DNA of 57,464 nucleotides from Nitrosopumilales archaeon (lineage in GTDB: Archaea; Thermoproteota; Nitrososphaeria; Nitrososphaerales; Nitrososphaeraceae): NCBI GenBank assembly GCA_044507735.1, contig JBIQJB010000012.1, forward strand, positions 1-57,464, in the 5' to 3' direction. The translations under genes and the position numbers were made by a program. Positions 51,393 to 57,464 of this stretch are shown here, in pieces. How positions within the stretch are numbered: position 1 is the stretch's first letter; each line of letters opens with the position of its first letter. The notes under the pieces are model-generated. The model saw only the letters and a list, made by a program, of their open reading frames with translations. It ran no database searches and was not told the DNA's origin.

Positions 51393-52343
51393 CTAATTTC
51401 TGTGTCTTCTTTCTGAAAGCCATCTTTCAACATCGATAGCGGCCATGCAGCCGAATCCAGCTGCAGTAATGGCCTGTCTGTAGCGATGGTCATGCACATC
51501 TCCAGCCGCAAACACGCCTTCTGCACTTGTCTTTGTATGATCCTTCAATACGATGTAGCCCTTATCGTCGAGTTCAAGTTGGCCCTTGAAAATCGATGTG
51601 TTGGGCTCGTGCCCTATCGCAACGAAAAGTCCGCCAGCTCTGAGTGTGGTCTCCTTGCCGCTTGCCACATCTTTTATCGTGACTGTTGAGATCTTTTTGT
51701 CTCCCTTGATGTCTGACACAACATTGTTCCAGATGAACTCAATTTTGGGGTTGTCTTTTGCCTTCTCCTGCAGAATCTTGCTGGCTCGAAGTGAATCTCG
51801 CCTGTGCACTATCTTGACTGATTTTCCAAACTTGGTGAGAAATGTTGCTTCTTCAAGCGCTGTGTCACCGCCTCCAACCACCACGATATCTTCACCCTTG
51901 AAGAACGGGCCGTCGCAGGTAGCACAATAGGACACGCCCCTTCCGCTGAATTGTTGTTCTGCTGGGAGCCCGAGCTTGCGAGGCGATGCACCTGTGCATA
52001 CAATGACCGCTTCTGCAGAGTATGTCTCAGAATGCGTTGTTACTGAAAGAGGCCTGTTCTTGAAATCTACCTTGATTACTTCGTCGTCTACTATGACAGC
52101 TCCAAATCGCTCTGACTGTTGGCGAATGTTCATCATGAGCTCAGGACCGAAAATGCCGTTTGGAAAGCCTGGATAGTTTTCAACTTCGCTTGTGGTCATG
52201 AGTTGGCCACCTGGCAGCGTACCGGAGATTATCAGGGTGGAGAGCTTTGCTCTGGACGTGTATATGCCTGCGGTGTAGCCAGCAGGTCCAGACCCGATAA
52301 TTACTACGTCATAGTGCTTCTTGCCAGACTCGCCTTCAGACAA
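51393..52343 (-). CDS. trxB: Thioredoxin-disulfide reductase
   Basis: GSGPAG, ENYPG, CATC, GGGDTALEEA, HRRD, AAGD. Confidence 0.96.
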   Translation of the reverse strand: MSEGESGKKHYDVVIIGSGPAGYTAGIYTSRAKLSTLIISGTLPGGQLMTTSEVENYPGFPNGIFGPELMMNIRQQSERFGAVIVDDEVIKVDFKNRPLSVTTHSETYSAEAVIVCTGASPRKLGLPAEQQFSGRGVSYCATCDGPFFKGEDIVVVGGGDTALEEATFLTKFGKSVKIVHRRDSLRASKILQEKAKDNPKIEFIWNNVVSDIKGDKKISTVTIKDVASGKETTLRAGGLFVAIGHEPNTSIFKGQLELDDKGYIVLKDHTKTSAEGVFAAGDVHDHRYRQAITAAGFGCMAAIDVERWLSERRHRN

Positions 52344-52467
52344 TTACAAGGTGACATTTCCTGGACCTCTTAATAATCCGTTCGGAGTTTCCAAGGAAAA
52401 ATGATTTCTAAAGAACCCGGATGTAATAGTTAAAAATTATTCGTCGAACTATGAGTGGGTGAAAACT

Positions 52468-53187
52468 TTACAGTGAGCCAATGTTCATGTTAAATTTATT
52501 CGCCATTTTCCTGTGATTGTCACAGAGTGTCTTGTTTTCAATCATGTAGAGCAGTTCTTCTTGCCAGTGGGCATTGTAAAGAAAGCATTTCTTGTTGCTA
52601 CAGAAGGGTTGGCCTTCGCTTACAAAAAAGAATAGTGCCTGTAGCGCGTAGACAACCGCAGCATCTGTGATCTTGGGGTCGTCATAATCGATGAACCTGC
52701 CGGCGAATTCTTTCTTCAGTCTCGCCAAATCTGATATTCCGCCAAGCTGTGCAAGGTAAAACTCTCTTGGCTTGGCTGGTGCCTCTATGATGCCAGTTGT
52801 GGAAATTATCGAGGGGCTGCCGCATATGACCGCGCGGCCATGGTAGCGCCAATCGTCCTCGCTAAAAGTGCAGGTCAGAAGGTCTGTAAGCACAATGTGT
52901 ACGTGGGAGGACCATGATTCTTCGTCTGGTATCTTTTCAGCAAAAATCCTCTGCAACACGAAACCGTCATAGAGGGGCATGAGGCCCTCTGTTGGCGTCA
53001 ATGATCTCGATTGCTCTTCGAAAGGGTGCTTCAGGTCATATATCCGAGCATTTTCGATCGTATCGTTATATTGAAGGGGTCGATTGAATTGTACTCTGCA
53101 TTTTGGAAAGATCTTCTTGATCTTGTCTGCCATTGATCTGACATCAACGGCAGCATTGGAATAGATGTGGACGTGACGAAAATCCAA
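52468..53187 (-). CDS. Archaemetzincin-like (DUF6775-type) putative metallopeptidase-fold protein
   Basis: LYDG, EAPAKPREFY, FC-x4-C.LYNAHWQEE...LCxxH; no HExxH. Confidence 0.7.
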   Translation of the reverse strand: MDFRHVHIYSNAAVDVRSMADKIKKIFPKCRVQFNRPLQYNDTIENARIYDLKHPFEEQSRSLTPTEGLMPLYDGFVLQRIFAEKIPDEESWSSHVHIVLTDLLTCTFSEDDWRYHGRAVICGSPSIISTTGIIEAPAKPREFYLAQLGGISDLARLKKEFAGRFIDYDDPKITDAAVVYALQALFFFVSEGQPFCSNKKCFLYNAHWQEELLYMIENKTLCDNHRKMANKFNMNIGSL

Positions 53188-53221
53188 ACAAAAAGAAGAG
53201 TGAAGGAGTGAAGATAAAAGG

Positions 53222-54034
53222 TTACTTGGCCTTTATCTTTGGTGGGTTTGGCATTTCCTTCAGTTTGCCAAGCGCCACTTCGGCCGCCTTCTTACCTGAG
53301 AGCAACATGGCTCCAAAGGTCGGACCCATCCTTGGAAGCCCATGGGTCTCGGTGACTGACATGCCCGTTGCGATGAGGCCTGGGTAGACTTCGCCAGTAG
53401 AGTTGACGACTGCGTCTTCGCTTCCCTCAACCCACATTGGATCCATGCCCTTCCACTTAACCAAGCCCCTATCCATTAGTCGTCTTACTGCGACAGAGTC
53501 GTGACCTGAGGCATCGATCACTATCTTGCTTTCTAGCGCCACCGGGTCCACGCAGGTGATATTTCTTGGCAATGCTGATACTGGCATCCAGTTTACCACC
53601 ACTCCGCCTACGCGCTTGTTCTTGAGTACCAGGTCGTCAAACTTGGTAAGCTGCAAAAATCGAACGCCTGCGTCGCATGCTGCGCTAATTGACTTGCTGC
53701 ATGCATTAGGCCCCCATGTTGCATAGAGCCCATCGCTTATCTTTCTGTACGGGACTCCTAGTTCGTCCCAAACCTTTTGGGCAGGTGCCCTTACAGTCAC
53801 TGGATTCATCATGTATCCTCCTACCCAATAGCCTCCGCCTAGGTAGTTGTTCTGTTCGATGATAAGGGTGCGGACGCCAGCTTTTGCTAGCTCTCGGCCA
53901 GCAGTAAGACCAGCTGGCCCTGCGCCAATAATTATAACGTCAGAATCAGTATACTCTTTCATGGTCTCGTTAAACATGTCTGCGATGGTCCTGGTGATCT
54001 CTTTCTCGCTCACGTCGGCGAATATCTTTGCCAT
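53222..54034 (-). CDS. thi4: Thiazole synthase Thi4, Cys-containing type
   Basis: GAGPAG, GGGYWVGG, ITCVDP, DASGHD, PRMGPTFGAMLLSG. Confidence 0.95.
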   Translation of the reverse strand: MAKIFADVSEKEITRTIADMFNETMKEYTDSDVIIIGAGPAGLTAGRELAKAGVRTLIIEQNNYLGGGYWVGGYMMNPVTVRAPAQKVWDELGVPYRKISDGLYATWGPNACSKSISAACDAGVRFLQLTKFDDLVLKNKRVGGVVVNWMPVSALPRNITCVDPVALESKIVIDASGHDSVAVRRLMDRGLVKWKGMDPMWVEGSEDAVVNSTGEVYPGLIATGMSVTETHGLPRMGPTFGAMLLSGKKAAEVALGKLKEMPNPPKIKAK

Positions 54035-54074
54035 GTGAGGGTATCCTCTATAATGGGTATTAATACATTATCCG

Positions 54075-55088
54075 CTAGGCAAACATGCTGACAAAATTGG
54101 CGTATGCTTCCCTTATCTTGAACTGTTTTGGCGGATTCTTGAAGCCATACGCACTAATGACTTCTGACGCCTTGGCCGCTTTGCTCTTCTTGGCAGTCGC
54201 ACGCACCACGTCCAACAGAACATTGCCAGCATTGGGTCCGTCGTTTGTGCGGAGTGTGAGGTCCATCACTATCTTGCTACCAAGGAATCCTTCGCTGGAC
54301 ATCCAGTAGTAACTGTTGCGCGAGTCTCCGAGAAAGTCTGTATATTCCGTTGTACCTGCTACGGATTCGAATTTGTATGGTGCTTCCATTCCTATCGATC
54401 CAGTCTTCATGCTGCGTTTGAGCATCTTGATGCGTTCGTCCATCGTGTTTTGTGTCTCTGCACTCCCGCCAACATCAAGCTGGTAGCTCTTGTCAACATG
54501 CACGCCTCGTTCCACCATAAAGTCGATCATGCCCTTGTGAAATGCAGTGCCGCCAAACTGGCTCAGCAAGTCATCGCCTGCAAGCACCAGTCTGCTTGCT
54601 GCAAACTTCTTTGCAAGGGCGGGGTTAGTTGCAACCTTGGCCGGTGTCGCGTTAACGAACGCCGCGCGGACTGTAAGGGCCGACTTTGCATACTCCAACG
54701 ATGTCTTGTCCATTCCAGATGAGACGAGATTCAAAACAACCTGTGCACCAGATTTTTTCAGTGCCTTTGCAAATTCGTCAGCAGATGTTTTGACAGGGTT
54801 GTCAAACTTGGCGTTCTTGTCAGCCAGAATTCCCGGTGCAACAATGACCTTGGAATCTTTCAAAGAATGGTATTTTGAGTTCTCATTAGCAACCTGAGAT
54901 AAGCTCTTGCCCACTTTCGCTGGGTCAATGTCAAAAGCAGCGACGACTTTAACGTCAGCTGGTTTGAGTCCTGCAATCTTTTGGTGCCAGAGACCGACAG
55001 TGTTCTTGCCTCTGTAGTAGTCGATACCCTGTACAAAAGTGGAGCCGACATTGCCGATGCCAATGACTGCGACCCTGATTTCTGCCAT
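54075..55088 (-). CDS. myo-Inositol-1-phosphate synthase family protein
   Basis: GIGNVG, AFDID..KVG, GDD..SQFG, YQLDVGG, FKNPP. Confidence 0.85.
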   Translation of the reverse strand: MAEIRVAVIGIGNVGSTFVQGIDYYRGKNTVGLWHQKIAGLKPADVKVVAAFDIDPAKVGKSLSQVANENSKYHSLKDSKVIVAPGILADKNAKFDNPVKTSADEFAKALKKSGAQVVLNLVSSGMDKTSLEYAKSALTVRAAFVNATPAKVATNPALAKKFAASRLVLAGDDLLSQFGGTAFHKGMIDFMVERGVHVDKSYQLDVGGSAETQNTMDERIKMLKRSMKTGSIGMEAPYKFESVAGTTEYTDFLGDSRNSYYWMSSEGFLGSKIVMDLTLRTNDGPNAGNVLLDVVRATAKKSKAAKASEVISAYGFKNPPKQFKIREAYANFVSMFA

Positions 55089-55654
55089 ACTAGGCTATGC
55101 AATAGAATGTGTAGATTTAATCCTTGCGTATATTCGTAAGCCCCCGCGCAATCTTGGCACGCGGACACTATCAACTTATGGACGACGCTTACGAAAATGC
55201 TTCTACAACCACTTTGTTATTTGTGTCTGGAAGACATGCTTTGACCTAATGCACCTAATCCTGTATGGAATATCTCCAGATGGGAAATGCAAACTCAAAG
55301 CGACAATTGCTTCTGCAGCAATATGTAAGATTCCTTGCATTTTGGGCCGATTTCATTACAGTTGAAGTTCATGCCAACACACACTTACGCATGGTCAGGC
55401 AGGTTGTAAAGTGTCTCTGCGTAGTAAGAGTATTCTTCACTATAGTTACACTCGTTCTCTCTGTCTATATCGCCCAAATATGCATAACCAACCAAGTGAA
55501 AATTGTATCCCTCATTCTCTAGTCATTATCATCCTGATACTTGCTTGCCTTCAATTGTCTTATGGGTCAGCCAATTCCAACGGCGACGCGTTTCTAAATA
55601 TATGAAAAATAATGTGCTGAGCGGAAGAATCTTCCCAGTCTTATTCTGGAAATG

Positions 55655-55930
55655 TATCGCGATGGTCCCATCACAGCAAGCAATGTTTAGGTCGGTCCGC
55701 CCTCCTCCCTGCCGCGTCTATCTAATTACCCTCTTCCGATGAGATCTTGTCTGATTGCAATGGAGAAGAGAGAGAGTGAGGAATAAAGACATGCTGAGAA
55801 GTTCCAATCATCAGTGAGACAGACCGGGGACAAGCAAGAGGATGCTCAAGCAAGATGTACACTCTCCTATAAGGTGATGTTTGAGAAACGAGTGTACGGA
55901 TCTTGAGGCAATATGCGTTGGCTAGGGGGG
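55655..55930 (+). repeat. Degenerate dispersed repeat, copy B
   Basis: Collinear similarity to 37683-37974; core CATGCTGAGAAGTTCCAATCATCAGTGAGACAGACC. Confidence 0.75.
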
Positions 55931-56118
55931 CTTGGCGCATTATTCAGAAAAATCGTCGTTTTCTAATTTTTTCCCTCACCTGTTACTCCTGTTACATTTA
56001 TGGATATAGGCATTTTTTGGAGCCATGACTTGCCAGCACCGTTTGGTTATGTCGAGTTTGTCTAGGAATGCAGGCATATCACAATCTATTTATCTGTGAA
56101 ACGGAACATGTATTTTTA

Positions 56119-57237
56119 ATGGGCAGATTGTTTGGGAGGGATAGCAGCAAGGACGCCCCTTCCGAAGAAGGCAGAAGGGAACCCAACTATAACGACAGTG
56201 ATTTCCAAAAGATTGATCTCTACAAGAAGGGTCTCAATCACATGTCTAATGAAAAGTTTCTGGACGCTATTAGAAGCTTTGACCTTGCTCTCCGACTCGA
56301 CCCACAATTTGTCGACGCTTGGATTAAGAGAGGTTATGCTAATTTCCACTTAAATGAATACACTCTCGCTATCAGTTCATACGACAAGGCACTACAAGTT
56401 GATGTGAACAACGCGGAAGCGTGGAACCTGAAGGGCCTTGCCTACTACAAGATGAAGAACTATGACAAGGCAATCGAGTGCTGCGAAAAGGCAATTGATA
56501 TCAATCCAAACGATGGCATGTCATGGTACAACAAGGCATGTTACCTTACGCTCAGTGGCAAGGTTGACGAAGGCCTAGACGCACTCAAGAGATCAATAGA
56601 GATAGACATTCAGAACGCAAGAAAGGCGGTTCGTGACAGGGACTTTGAGACAGCACGTGCAGAGGAGGGTTTTAGACGGATCGTCGAAGTCGTGGTATTG
56701 GAATCTATAAGGCAGGGCTATGATTATGTCGGAAAAATAGTTTGGGTAACTGGCATGGACAAGGCAGAGGTCGAAGATGCATTGATGCGCCTTGGCATGA
56801 AAGGCCTCGTGATAAGGCACGAGCGCAGGAGCTTTACTGGAAAAGAGGAATATTACGAGCTTCCAAAGGAGATCGCTGACAAGGTGGGAGTCACAAAGCG
56901 TAGCGGGCTTTTCAGCAGCAAGCAGGTGACTGCCCCGATGCAACAGCTAAAGGACATCAAGGAAGTGCTGGGCAAGGCAAAAGAGTCAATTGAGAAGGGT
57001 GACCTCGCGGCAACCTTGGAGTATTTTGACGAACTAGTAAGCCCTACAAAGCATGGCAACGCTATGATGGAGCAGTTCTTTGATGCCCACAGGGATCTCC
57101 GACTTTACAAGATAAGGCTGCAGGACAAGGGCCAGGAATACTTAAACGCCCACAAATCTGACCTTATCGATCTCGTGACCAAGATTGACCATGGTATTGG
57201 AAGTGGTGTCCCCAATAGGACACCTGCAAAAGATTAG
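56119..57237 (+). CDS. TPR-repeat protein with downstream wHTH-like and helical domains
   Basis: About four TPRs (AWIKRG, AWNLKG, SWYNKAC) then IVWVTGMDKAEVEDALMRLGMKGLV...YYEL; ATG 56119 lies ~28 bp after TATTTAT. Confidence 0.88.
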   Translation: MGRLFGRDSSKDAPSEEGRREPNYNDSDFQKIDLYKKGLNHMSNEKFLDAIRSFDLALRLDPQFVDAWIKRGYANFHLNEYTLAISSYDKALQVDVNNAEAWNLKGLAYYKMKNYDKAIECCEKAIDINPNDGMSWYNKACYLTLSGKVDEGLDALKRSIEIDIQNARKAVRDRDFETARAEEGFRRIVEVVVLESIRQGYDYVGKIVWVTGMDKAEVEDALMRLGMKGLVIRHERRSFTGKEEYYELPKEIADKVGVTKRSGLFSSKQVTAPMQQLKDIKEVLGKAKESIEKGDLAATLEYFDELVSPTKHGNAMMEQFFDAHRDLRLYKIRLQDKGQEYLNAHKSDLIDLVTKIDHGIGSGVPNRTPAKD

Positions 57238-57464
57238 TACGTCATACGATTTTGTCATGGATCGATGCAAGGATGCGAGCTGGAGGGTCAACCCGAAACC
57301 GACAGATTTCTCAGCGCTCAGTATGTGGAGAATAATACTCGACTATAGATTATGAGGAAAGATCTGTCACCGTCCTCCCCTTACAGGCAGATCTGCGCTG
57401 TGAATCCAGTGCTTTGCTGCATGATCTGGAATAAACAAGCGATGCTCGAACACCCTATGGATCA

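Noticed and set aside
54035-54074. TPP riboswitch upstream of thi4
   Set aside because: Only 40 bp of spacer and no CUGAGA core

Overview
Core-chromosome segment of an ammonia-oxidising archaeon (Nitrososphaerota, most likely Nitrososphaerales). The assignment is inferred from a CdvB/ESCRT-III paralogue, S25e/L32e/L19e/Rpo6, CofE, a 3HP/4HB-type crotonase, TATA-box promoters and split ribosomal operons. About 50 CDS and one tRNA-Gly(GCC) are supportable. They cover translation and transcription (rps13-rps4, rps25e, rpl32e-rpl19e, spt5, rpo6), tetrapyrrole synthesis (sirC-hemA-hemB), glmS, DNA ligase, CopA, a dCache histidine kinase, an AAA+/VWA pair and a serB-cofE-tusA-cysteine synthase / trxB / thi4 sulfur neighbourhood. 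The many 0.3-1 kb spacers contain heavily decayed IS and gene remnants and a ~290-bp dispersed degenerate repeat. No CRISPR array, rRNA or intact mobile element was seen. The best candidate for an uncharacterised system is the two-gene unit at 6.2-8.5 kb: a wHTH/coiled-coil protein plus an AAA+ ATPase with an apparently inactivated nuclease-like C-terminal domain. Other candidates are a zinc-less Zfx-type ferredoxin fused to an unknown domain, the TusA-cysteine synthase pair, and a perfect 16-bp palindrome over the copA promoter. All calls come from reading motifs by eye; no database searches were run.
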